Positions 25,127 to 32,000 of a DNA stretch of 32,000 bases are shown here, piece after piece. Position 1 is the first letter of the stretch. Each line of letters starts with the position of its first letter. The stretch covers positions 1,383 to 33,382 of the forward strand of contig NZ_SODD01000025.1 of assembly GCF_004365815.1 (NCBI RefSeq). Reading direction: 5' to 3'. A model generated the notes under the pieces. The model searched no databases. It saw only the letters and a program-made list of their open reading frames with translations, and was not told the DNA's origin. This DNA comes from Breznakia blatticola (lineage in GTDB: Bacteria > Bacillota_I > Bacilli_A > Erysipelotrichales > Erysipelotrichaceae). A program made the position numbers and the translations under genes.

Positions 25127-27478
25127 TTAATAACCCTTGTTATTCAATTTTCTTTTGTTCAAAATATACAACCCTGCACTCAATCCAACAATTAGTAATC
25201 CGGCAAAGAACATAATGTTTGTTTGATCTCCTGTTCCAATTGATGGATCGTTTTTATTTGTATTTGATGACCCTGGTTTTGATGGTTGATCCGTATTCGG
25301 TTTGTTTGATGAACCATCTTTAACAATGTTAGTTACACGTACATTAACTGATCCTTTGTGTCCGTTTTTGTAAACTAGGTTCACAGTTTCTTCAGCGTTT
25401 TCTGTGTAAACTTTTTCATATTGTTCAACAACACTACGTCCTGTTGACTCCACTTTTGTCCAACCTTCAATATCATTTACTTTTTTACTAACAGAGATAG
25501 TTGCTTTTACAGGTCCTTTAGTTTCTCCGTTTGTATCGTACGCTACTGTAGCAGTTGGTTCTTTTGCATCAACAACTGTAATGTATTTTTTCATTTTCAC
25601 GTCATGTAAGCCACTATTATCATTGTAAAGAGATACATAGTAATCACCCTCTTCACTCGCATTGAAATAGTATGATGCCCCTTTTGCATGCCAGTCAGCA
25701 GGTTCTAATAAATCACTTGATCCTTCTGGACCATCATAATCAGTAGGTACTTCTGGAGCTGGATCCCCACAATCTACTCTTGTGACCTTAAGACTACGAT
25801 AATCAACTTTTGTAATTTTCTTATTTGATAGTGGACTTAATAAGTCAACATCAACTTTCACTGTTGGATTTGCTTCAAAATCATTGACGATAACTTCTTT
25901 TTCTTCACCAATATTTGGTAATGAAGATACATATGTGTCAAAGCCAAATGCATCGCGGTAGATTCTTTCAGCAACCATACGGTATGTACTTGCTCCTGTT
26001 CCAGAATTCACAAATGAATTTGGATATTCAGGACCTACAACTGGGTTGTGTGGTCTATTTCTCATGTATACAACAACAATGTTGTTTTCTGGATCTGCGA
26101 ATGCGACTGGACCAGACCATCCTTGATGTCCAAATGTTGAATAGTCTGCATAGTATGAGAAATATGTTGGCCAGTTTGTTGATCCCCATTGGTAATCTAC
26201 ATCATTTGTATACCATCCAAGTGCATATGTAGAATTCGTGTATCCACCATCATTAATAATGTCGTTAGGTTCTAAGAACATATCTACTGTTTCTTTATCA
26301 AATAATGTAACACCATTGTAAGTTCCGTTATTTAGCATCAATTGATACAAGATAGCAACATCATGTGGTGTTGAGAAAATTCCAGCATGACCAGCAACTC
26401 CTGCTAGTGTGTAGTATGCTTTTTCATCATGTACTTCTCCACGTAAAGTATATGTTCTCATTCCAGTAAATGCATATTCATTTGCATTATGCCCATCTAC
26501 TGTACGATATCCATCTCTTGAGTTTCCGTTGATTTCAGTAGCTGCAATATCTTCTTGAGTGAACCCTTTTTGTAGTGGATTATACATTGTATGCGTCAAA
26601 CCTAATGGTGCATAAATTTCATTTTCAACATATTGATCTTGTGGCATTCCAGTAATCGATTCAATAATCAATCCAAGTAACATGTAATCTACATCACTGT
26701 AAGCAATTGCCGTTCCAGGCATGGTAGTAATTGGTGTCTTACATATTGCTTCAAGTGCTTTTGTTCGATCACTTGGATCTGTTTGTGGTTCGATATAGAG
26801 CGTATCATACGCTGAACCAGCAGTTGCAAATCCCATATAGTCTGCAGCAGCCTGACTCTTTAAATAATTATCATTGTGATATTGTGGATCTGGCGCTTGA
26901 CCTGCTTCATGATGTAGTAACATCTTTACCGTAATCAAATCCTTATGTTGAAGTGATTGTGCTTCAGGTTTTAACAAGCTTGTAACCTCATCATAATCAC
27001 GGTATTCAGGAATATATGTACTTACAGTTGCATCCAAGTCTAACTTACCTTCATACACTAGTTTTTGTAGTGCCAAATTAGTAGATAGCATTTTTGAAAC
27101 AGATGCCATATCCCACATAGTGTTTTCATCAACTGCATCCCAATCACTTTCATCTAGTAAAACAGATTGGTGATCATTAAATATATCGGTTCCTTCTTTG
27201 TACTTTGCTTCATAACCAAAGTAATCTTCATATTGAACCTTACCATCTTTTAAAACCATTACAGCAGATCCAGTATGACCATTGTCAATTAAGTTTTGTA
27301 CTCCCTCTTTAACTGAACTGAAATCATAGTCACTTGCTTCATCAGTGATGATGTTTGGTACAACATCATGACCTTTCATACCCTCTCCAACTCTACTAGC
27401 CAATACTGGTGCACTTGCTATTGTCCCTACATATGCAATTGATAGTGCTCCTAATATCACTTTACGAAAAACATTCAC
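25127..27478 (-). CDS. Secreted, C-terminally anchored serine hydrolase of the beta-lactamase/PBP4* (COG1680) family
   Basis: GAGGAGGG lies 7 nt before the GTG at 27478. The protein has a signal peptide (NVFRKVILGALSIAYVGTIASAPVLA), an SxxK motif (ASVSKM), YSD and HQG motifs, and a C-terminal beta-rich region of ~200 aa. The tail is PSIGTGDQTNIMFFAGLLIVGLSAGLYILNKRK. Confidence 0.78.
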   Translation of the reverse strand: MNVFRKVILGALSIAYVGTIASAPVLASRVGEGMKGHDVVPNIITDEASDYDFSSVKEGVQNLIDNGHTGSAVMVLKDGKVQYEDYFGYEAKYKEGTDIFNDHQSVLLDESDWDAVDENTMWDMASVSKMLSTNLALQKLVYEGKLDLDATVSTYIPEYRDYDEVTSLLKPEAQSLQHKDLITVKMLLHHEAGQAPDPQYHNDNYLKSQAAADYMGFATAGSAYDTLYIEPQTDPSDRTKALEAICKTPITTMPGTAIAYSDVDYMLLGLIIESITGMPQDQYVENEIYAPLGLTHTMYNPLQKGFTQEDIAATEINGNSRDGYRTVDGHNANEYAFTGMRTYTLRGEVHDEKAYYTLAGVAGHAGIFSTPHDVAILYQLMLNNGTYNGVTLFDKETVDMFLEPNDIINDGGYTNSTYALGWYTNDVDYQWGSTNWPTYFSYYADYSTFGHQGWSGPVAFADPENNIVVVYMRNRPHNPVVGPEYPNSFVNSGTGASTYRMVAERIYRDAFGFDTYVSSLPNIGEEKEVIVNDFEANPTVKVDVDLLSPLSNKKITKVDYRSLKVTRVDCGDPAPEVPTDYDGPEGSSDLLEPADWHAKGASYYFNASEEGDYYVSLYNDNSGLHDVKMKKYITVVDAKEPTATVAYDTNGETKGPVKATISVSKKVNDIEGWTKVESTGRSVVEQYEKVYTENAEETVNLVYKNGHKGSVNVRVTNIVKDGSSNKPNTDQPSKPGSSNTNKNDPSIGTGDQTNIMFFAGLLIVGLSAGLYILNKRKLNNKGY

Positions 27479-27613
27479 GTTATTACCCTCCTCGTTAAGT
27501 AATCTGTGTTTCAATGTAGCGCTAATTTTTGATACCTTTGCGTATCATTCAAATTCTGATTTAATTTTTCACATTTCATTGGCCAAATATTCATGTGGAA
27601 AAGCGTGGTTTTA

Positions 27614-27655
27614 ACAAAAAAAGAGCCAAAAAACAATAATTGTTTTTTAGCTCTT
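27614..27655 (-). terminator. Leader intrinsic terminator (attenuator) between the promoter and the hydrolase-murP operon
   Basis: Read on the minus strand: AAGAGCTAAAAAACAAT / ATTGTTTTTTGGCTCTT (17-nt arms, one G-U pair), followed by TTTTTTTG. It lies 136 nt upstream of the GTG start. Confidence 0.65.
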
Positions 27656-27683
27656 GCTCTTTCGATGCACGCCTTACACTTAG

Positions 27684-27712
27684 AATATAGCATAGGTCAT
27701 TTTTGTTGTCAA
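27684..27712 (-). promoter_or_regulatory. Sigma-A promoter of the hydrolase-murP-mupG-murQ operon
   Basis: Read on the minus strand: TTGACA (27707-27712), 17 nt, TATATT (27684-27689). A 7-1-7 AT-rich palindrome ACTTTTTgAAAAAGT (27716-27730) lies just upstream. Confidence 0.55.
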
Positions 27713-27760
27713 ACTACTTTTTCAAAAAGTTTTTATCCGTTTGCAATGAATGAAATGCTG

Positions 27761-28615
27761 TTACTGTCTTGCTTTACCCTCTAACATATTCACTAAATGA
27801 ATCAAGATATATACTCTTTCTTGCTTCGCTAATTTCACTCCGGTTAAGTCCTCAATGATTTGTAAAATATCATCGCAAATCCCAGTATATTCAGGGTAAC
27901 TCTTTACCAATGCATCATTTACATGTTCGTTCAATTGGCGTTTTTCTTGTTCTGTACCTTCAACTAAAAACCGCAAATGGGTAATAAATCTTAGGTAATT
28001 TAAGTCGTCATTTTTAATATCAAACTTATATGTAATCGTAAGTAAATCGTACACTTCACTAATAATGGCATTTAATAAATCTATTGATTTTTCACCACTT
28101 TGGATATTTTGGATATGCAAAGCGATATAACTTACTTCCGCATCTGGAATCATTAGTTCATGTTTTCGATAAATCGCTTGTGATATTTTTTGTGCCTTAT
28201 CATATGATTCTGGGTAAAGTGCTTTAATCTCATAAGAGAAAAATTGTTTAATTGCTTCCCCATTTAATATTCTAGTATATGTTGCTGCTAAGTGGTTTGC
28301 CAATGTAACGAATGTTGTATGATTCACTCCATTTTCTTCATACGCTACAATCAGTTGCACTGTGTCCATGACAATCGAGATGATTTCATCATTAAAACCA
28401 TTTACTACATTTGAGAATTGATTACTCCCTAATGGACTGGAATACATTCTTTCATAAGGTGTCCCTTTTTTTATTTGCATATCTGCCTTTATTCCAAATC
28501 CGATTCCCTTTTGGATAATTACATATTCTCTAAAACGATCATGTACAATTAGCGAACTATTATTTAAAACTTTTTTCACTTTATAGTTTTTTGTTGTTTG
28601 TTGCATGTATATCAT
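27761..28615 (-). CDS. BglG/LicT/GlcT-family PRD-containing transcription antiterminator
   Basis: The CAT RNA-binding N-terminus is YKVKKVLNNSSLIVHD...VIIQKGIGFG. Two PRD modules follow (HLAATYTRI..., YIALHIQNI..., FITHLRFLV...). Confidence 0.85.
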   Translation of the reverse strand: MIYMQQTTKNYKVKKVLNNSSLIVHDRFREYVIIQKGIGFGIKADMQIKKGTPYERMYSSPLGSNQFSNVVNGFNDEIISIVMDTVQLIVAYEENGVNHTTFVTLANHLAATYTRILNGEAIKQFFSYEIKALYPESYDKAQKISQAIYRKHELMIPDAEVSYIALHIQNIQSGEKSIDLLNAIISEVYDLLTITYKFDIKNDDLNYLRFITHLRFLVEGTEQEKRQLNEHVNDALVKSYPEYTGICDDILQIIEDLTGVKLAKQERVYILIHLVNMLEGKARQ

Positions 28616-28814
28616 TTATTTCATAAAGGTTGCCTCATTACAAAGACGACCTTTCATTCTCCTTTCATCCCTAACGTAGTACTTCACTCATACATTATGG
28701 ACCTTTCATGACAATGTTTCAATATTTATATTTATAAAAACAAAAGAATCAATAAGGGTTAAGAAAAGGATTCACCATAATTGGCAAACCCTTTTCATTA
28801 ATTTTTTTCTTAGA

Positions 28815-29294
28815 TTACGCGATTGTTACGCGTCCTTCTTCAGCTAGTTCGCATGCTCCAGCATTAGCTGTAACTGCTTGTCCATCAAGGTTTAAGAAGA
28901 TAACCATAATGTCAGTTGCAGGTACTTTAGGTCCAATTGTTTGTAAATCCATTTCTGCAATTGGTTCCCCAGCTACAACTTTTTGACCATCTTTAACTTT
29001 GATTGTAAATCCTTCACCCTTTAGGTTTACTGTGTCAATTCCCATGTGCACCATTACTTCTTTGCCATCATCAGCAACAAGCGTAATCGCGTGTTTTGTT
29101 GGGAAAATTGATCCAATCGTTCCACTTACTGGTGAACAAACTGTTCCTTCACTTGGACGTACTGCAAATCCATCACCCATCGCTTTACTTGCAAACACTT
29201 GATCCTCTACTTCTGTAATTGGCATCAAAGTTCCTTTTGCTACAGTAACAATTCCTTTTTTTGCTTCAAATTTTGGTTTTCTTTTAAAAAACAT
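28815..29294 (-). CDS. crr: PTS glucose-family EIIA component
   Basis: DQVFASKAMGDGFAV...VMVHMGIDTVNLKGEGF carries the two-His EIIA-Glc signature. GAGGAG lies 6 nt before the ATG at 29294. Confidence 0.9.
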   Translation of the reverse strand: MFFKRKPKFEAKKGIVTVAKGTLMPITEVEDQVFASKAMGDGFAVRPSEGTVCSPVSGTIGSIFPTKHAITLVADDGKEVMVHMGIDTVNLKGEGFTIKVKDGQKVVAGEPIAEMDLQTIGPKVPATDIMVIFLNLDGQAVTANAGACELAEEGRVTIA

Positions 29295-29505
29295 GTCTTT
29301 CTCCTCTATCACATCTGTGTGTTGTCATTTTTTCATCCACTTTTATCATATAGCAAATTGCTAGATTTCTCTAAAATCATGCACGAAAGTATAACTATAC
29401 ATCGATATTTCATTATTTTTATGCTTATAGAATACCAATAAATTAAAAATGTTTCCACTATTTTAGCAATCTTCACACAAGATTCCAAAATTCATCACTT
29501 TTCAT

Positions 29506-29538
29506 TAAAAAAAGATGTCACACATTTGCATGACATCT
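29506..29538 (-). terminator. Intrinsic terminator after the phosphofructokinase gene
   Basis: Stem AGATGTCA (29513-29520) / TGACATCT (29531-29538). On the minus strand it is followed by TTTTTTT. Confidence 0.65.
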
Positions 29539-29546
29539 AAGTTACA

Positions 29547-30764
29547 TTATTTTACTTGCATGTAGTAAGGAACTACGTAAGCAGGTACTCCATTTTCCAT
29601 AATTAAATCTGGTTCTCCCATGATTAATGGTTGGATGTAGTCGTGACCTTCTTGTGTAAGACCAGCGTAGTTAGGTAAAATCCATTCAGCAGGAATGTTT
29701 TTTACGTGGTTAGCAAATTCGTTTGCAGGTCCAGCAATGTATTCAACATCGTATTCTTTACCTGGTTTACGAACAACACCAACAACTTGTCCAGTGTATT
29801 CTGGGTTCATTGAACGCATGTGTGCACTTTGTCCAAGTTTGAAACTTTCTTCAACATCAACTTTAGATTGGATGTAGTTAGCACAACGTTGTGCAGTACT
29901 TAAGTCTTGTACTTTTGCACGTGGTGCAACACCAGCTTCTAAAATCATGTTTTTAAGAGCGTTACCAGCTCCACCTAATACAGCATGTCCAAATCCATCG
30001 TTGCTTGCTTTAGCAGCTGCTAAGTAAGAACCATCAGCGTAGTGAGCACCTTCACTAACTACAACATAACATTTTCCTTTTTCGTCCATTACTTTTTTAA
30101 CTTGTGCCAAGAATAAGTCTTTATCGAAGTCTACTTCTGGTAATACTAAGATATCAACTTTTCCAGATACAACAGAAGATCCTGCTAACCATCCAGCATC
30201 TCTACCCATTGTTTCAAGAATGAAAACTTCTGGACGAGTTTCTGGAGCGTAAACATTTAAGTCTAACCATGTAGATACAACAACTGCGTTAACGAATTTT
30301 GCAGCTGAAGCGAATCCTGGACAGTGATCAGTAACCATAAGGTCATTATCTACAGTTTTTGGACATCCAACGAAACGTTTGCTGATTCCGTTTTTCTTTG
30401 CCCATGCACTTAATGCATCAACTGTATCCATTGAGTCGTTTCCACCGATGTAGAAAAGAATTTCAATGTCATATTTTTCCATAATATCAACTAAACGTTG
30501 GTAATCTTTATCGTCATCTCTTTTTAATTTGTAACGACATGATCCTAACGCACTTGATGGAGTTTGACAAAGAATTTGGTTTTCTCTATCACTCATGTTT
30601 GTTAAGTCGTAGAATCTTTCTTCTAAAATTCCTTCGATACCGTTTAGTCCACCGTATACTGTGTCATAAATTGGGTTTAATTGGTTTGCTTTAACAATTC
30701 CCGCTACTGTAGCGTTAATAACTGTTGTAGGTCCACCAGATTGTGCAATTAAACAATTTGCCAT
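29547..30764 (-). CDS. pfp: 6-phosphofructokinase of the long (~405 aa) type with the pyrophosphate-dependent signature
   Basis: MANCLIAQSGGPTTVINA, YIGGNDSMDT (Asp where ATP-PFKs have GGDGS), CPKTVDNDL (Lys where ATP-PFKs have PGTIDND), and TMGRDAGWLA. AGGAGG lies 9 nt before the ATG at 30764. Confidence 0.85.
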   Translation of the reverse strand: MANCLIAQSGGPTTVINATVAGIVKANQLNPIYDTVYGGLNGIEGILEERFYDLTNMSDRENQILCQTPSSALGSCRYKLKRDDDKDYQRLVDIMEKYDIEILFYIGGNDSMDTVDALSAWAKKNGISKRFVGCPKTVDNDLMVTDHCPGFASAAKFVNAVVVSTWLDLNVYAPETRPEVFILETMGRDAGWLAGSSVVSGKVDILVLPEVDFDKDLFLAQVKKVMDEKGKCYVVVSEGAHYADGSYLAAAKASNDGFGHAVLGGAGNALKNMILEAGVAPRAKVQDLSTAQRCANYIQSKVDVEESFKLGQSAHMRSMNPEYTGQVVGVVRKPGKEYDVEYIAGPANEFANHVKNIPAEWILPNYAGLTQEGHDYIQPLIMGEPDLIMENGVPAYVVPYYMQVK

Positions 30765-30903
30765 TTCTAAAGTCCTCCTGTAATTATACAATACCCTAAT
30801 ATATTACCATTTGCCCAAGCGCTTTTCAATAAAACTTGAGATTTCTTTCACGAATCAAGCATCCCTTCTTTCATCCCATTTTAAAAGTATGTATAATATT
30901 CGT

Positions 30904-31482
30904 ATGAAACAAACAAAAGTAGCACAAACATGGTGGATGATGCTTTATTTTATGGGACTTTTTGTTATTCCATGTCTTTCGATTTTTATAGCAACAAGAA
31001 GCTCTTTACTATATGAAAATTTCACCTATGTTGGCAACCAAACAAGGTATCGTCCCATCTTTATTATTTGGGGACTTTTGTTATCACTACACATGTTAGT
31101 GACATTTTTTACACTCCTTTATATAACAAAAAATCATAAGCGTATGTATTGGTATTTGGTAAGTCTTCTTGGACTACTTCATGCAACATCATATGTACTG
31201 CCTTATGATAAAAGTAAAAGTTTGCTAACTAGTGAATTACATGTATATATTTCAATTTCCACTTTTGTTGCATATATCTTTTTATTACTATTTTACTTGT
31301 ATAAACTGAATCACTTTTACTTGTTTATCTCAAGTGTCAAAGCGATGATCAGCTTACTTGTTGCTATGTTTTTTGCTTTATTGCTTACTGGAGATATTTC
31401 TAGTTTAGTAGAACTTATCAATACAAATTTTATGGCAATCTATATGATCATCTTATTAAAGAGAACAAAACCATATTTCTAG
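30904..31482 (+). CDS. Hypothetical polytopic membrane protein (~6 TM helices)
   Basis: From MKQTKVAQTWWMMLYFMGLFVIPCLSIFIA onward the protein is very hydrophobic. I recognise no family. I chose the ATG at 30904 because the track start at 30811 would lie on top of the divergent pfk promoter/RBS region. TATAAT lies 6 nt before the ATG and there is no SD, so the mRNA may be leaderless. Confidence 0.55.
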   Translation: MKQTKVAQTWWMMLYFMGLFVIPCLSIFIATRSSLLYENFTYVGNQTRYRPIFIIWGLLLSLHMLVTFFTLLYITKNHKRMYWYLVSLLGLLHATSYVLPYDKSKSLLTSELHVYISISTFVAYIFLLLFYLYKLNHFYLFISSVKAMISLLVAMFFALLLTGDISSLVELINTNFMAIYMIILLKRTKPYF

Positions 31483-31486
31483 ACAA

Positions 31487-31589
31487 TGTTTTCCTATTGT
31501 TCAAATTCGTTCATTTAACTTTCACGTGTTTTCCCTTTGATAGTCATGCATGTCCATTATGATATAGACAGTCAAAGGAGGTGAACTTG
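31487..31589 (+). repeat. Promoter/RBS module copy 1 (103 nt), partner at 31763-31865
   Basis: Ungapped alignment with copy 2 gives 73 of 103 identical positions and 33 of 39 in the 5' block. The shared parts are TTCAAAwTCGTTCATkTAwCTTTCAC, the -35/-10 elements, and ACAGACArTCAAAGGAGGT before the start codon. Confidence 0.6.
31536..31563 (+). promoter_or_regulatory. Sigma-A promoter of module 1
   Basis: TTTGAT (31536-31541), 16 nt, TATGAT (31558-31563). It aligns position for position with TTTACT-16-TATAAT in module 2. Confidence 0.45.
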
Positions 31590-31755
31590 AAGAAGAAAGA
31601 CTCAATAATACACAACACATAGAAACAAAATTAGAAATAACATTCTCCCTTAAATAATAATGTTAGAAAAATAATGAAATAAAATATTCTCCCTTTTTAA
31701 ATAAATATACAAATCAATCGAAAAGCAACTTTATCCTCCCCTGAAGTTGCTTTTT
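31570..31755 (+). ncRNA. Candidate ~185-nt small RNA with three UCCC (anti-Shine-Dalgarno) motifs
   Basis: Bounded by the promoter at 31536-31563 and the terminator at 31721-31755. AUUCUCCCUU (31642-31651) sits in the loop of a 7-bp hairpin. AUUCUCCCUUUUU (31686-31698) is in an AU-rich stretch. AUCCUCCCCU (31733-31742) is in the terminator loop. The only ORF is 11 codons with a TTG start. Confidence 0.4.
31721..31755 (+). terminator. Intrinsic terminator
   Basis: 11-bp perfect stem AAAAGCAACTT (31721-31731) / AAGTTGCTTTT (31744-31754) with the U-run included. Confidence 0.7.
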
Positions 31756-31762
31756 ACATATT

Positions 31763-31865
31763 TGTTTTCATATCATTCAAAATCGTTCATGTATCTTTCA
31801 CTTTTCTTCCATTTACTGCTCATAACAAGTTTGTATAATACAGACAATCAAAGGAGGTAGACATG
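31763..31865 (+). repeat. Promoter/RBS module copy 2 (103 nt)
   Basis: See copy 1. It ends in AAAGGAGGTAGACATG and is followed by a 23-codon ORF (31863-31934, MDQNEILLAYILKLVGLIQPMRT). Confidence 0.6.
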
Positions 31866-32000
31866 GACCAAAACGAAATACTATTAGCCTATATACTCAA
31901 ATTAGTAGGCTTAATTCAACCGATGCGCACCTAACTTAGATTGTTACATGTATGATGATACATTGAAATGTAAGATTACCATATAAAAATAAGGAAGGTA

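Noticed and set aside
27511-27693. A 60-aa minus-strand ORF (and a 63-aa plus-strand ORF at 27593-27784) in the hydrolase leader.
   Set aside because: They run straight through the predicted -10 and the leader terminator hairpin, and they lack an RBS. The region is better explained as regulatory RNA.
30811-30903. The extended N-terminus (track start 30811) for the membrane protein.
   Set aside because: The extra 31 residues are non-hydrophobic and begin at a non-ATG codon only 47 nt from the divergent pfk start. They would also cover the likely pfk promoter (TTGAAA-17-TAATAT on the minus strand). The ATG at 30904 is preferred, though without strong RBS support.
1-32000. CRISPR arrays, tRNA/rRNA genes, prophage or defence-system genes.
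   Set aside because: I saw no short regularly spaced direct repeats, no cloverleaf or rRNA-like segments, and no nuclease, helicase, methylase or integrase-type ORFs on either strand.

Overview
This is a 32-kb chromosomal segment from a low-GC Gram-positive bacterium (Bacillota). The gene content suggests an anaerobic, gut-type Erysipelotrichia- or Clostridia-like organism, but I cannot identify the species by eye. Nearly everything from 2.8 to 30.8 kb is on the minus strand. I saw no rRNA, tRNA, CRISPR array, transposase, integrase or phage gene.

Contents in order:
- The 5' part of a secreted vWA surface protein.
- A divergent pair: a ClbS-like gene and a MerR/GyrI-like regulator.
- A pyruvate formate-lyase locus (pflA, a thioredoxin-like gene, pflB) in which PFL is split into a 668-aa body and a separately translated 77-aa glycyl-radical domain.
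- pyrR with an M42 peptidase.
- A small wHTH protein and a SagB-type nitroreductase.
- ptsI with its own promoter and a consensus cre site, but no ptsH.
- A membrane-tethered ECF-type sigma factor, directly followed by a 913-aa BspA-type LRR surface protein. Identical promoter motifs sit in front of both genes.
- A ribokinase 3' remnant.
- A peptidoglycan amino-sugar supercluster with two PTS operons that carry near-identical murQ copies. Operon 2 is Man-family IIB, a fused IIC-IID, nanE, murQ and a HAD gene. Operon 1 is an anchored COG1680 serine hydrolase, murP, mupG and murQ. murR lies between them, and a BglG-type antiterminator plus an EIIA-Glc gene lie upstream.
- A PPi-type phosphofructokinase.
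- A membrane protein.
- A non-coding tail with duplicated promoter/RBS modules and a candidate sRNA carrying UCCC motifs.

The best candidates for undescribed biology are these:
- The one-polypeptide sigma/sensor plus LRR adhesin module with twin promoters.
- The two-piece PFL.
- The IIA-less Man-PTS/NanE/MurQ/HAD operon and its mosaic murQ duplication.
- The UCCC-motif sRNA candidate.

All calls come from reading the sequence and translations by eye. No database search was run.
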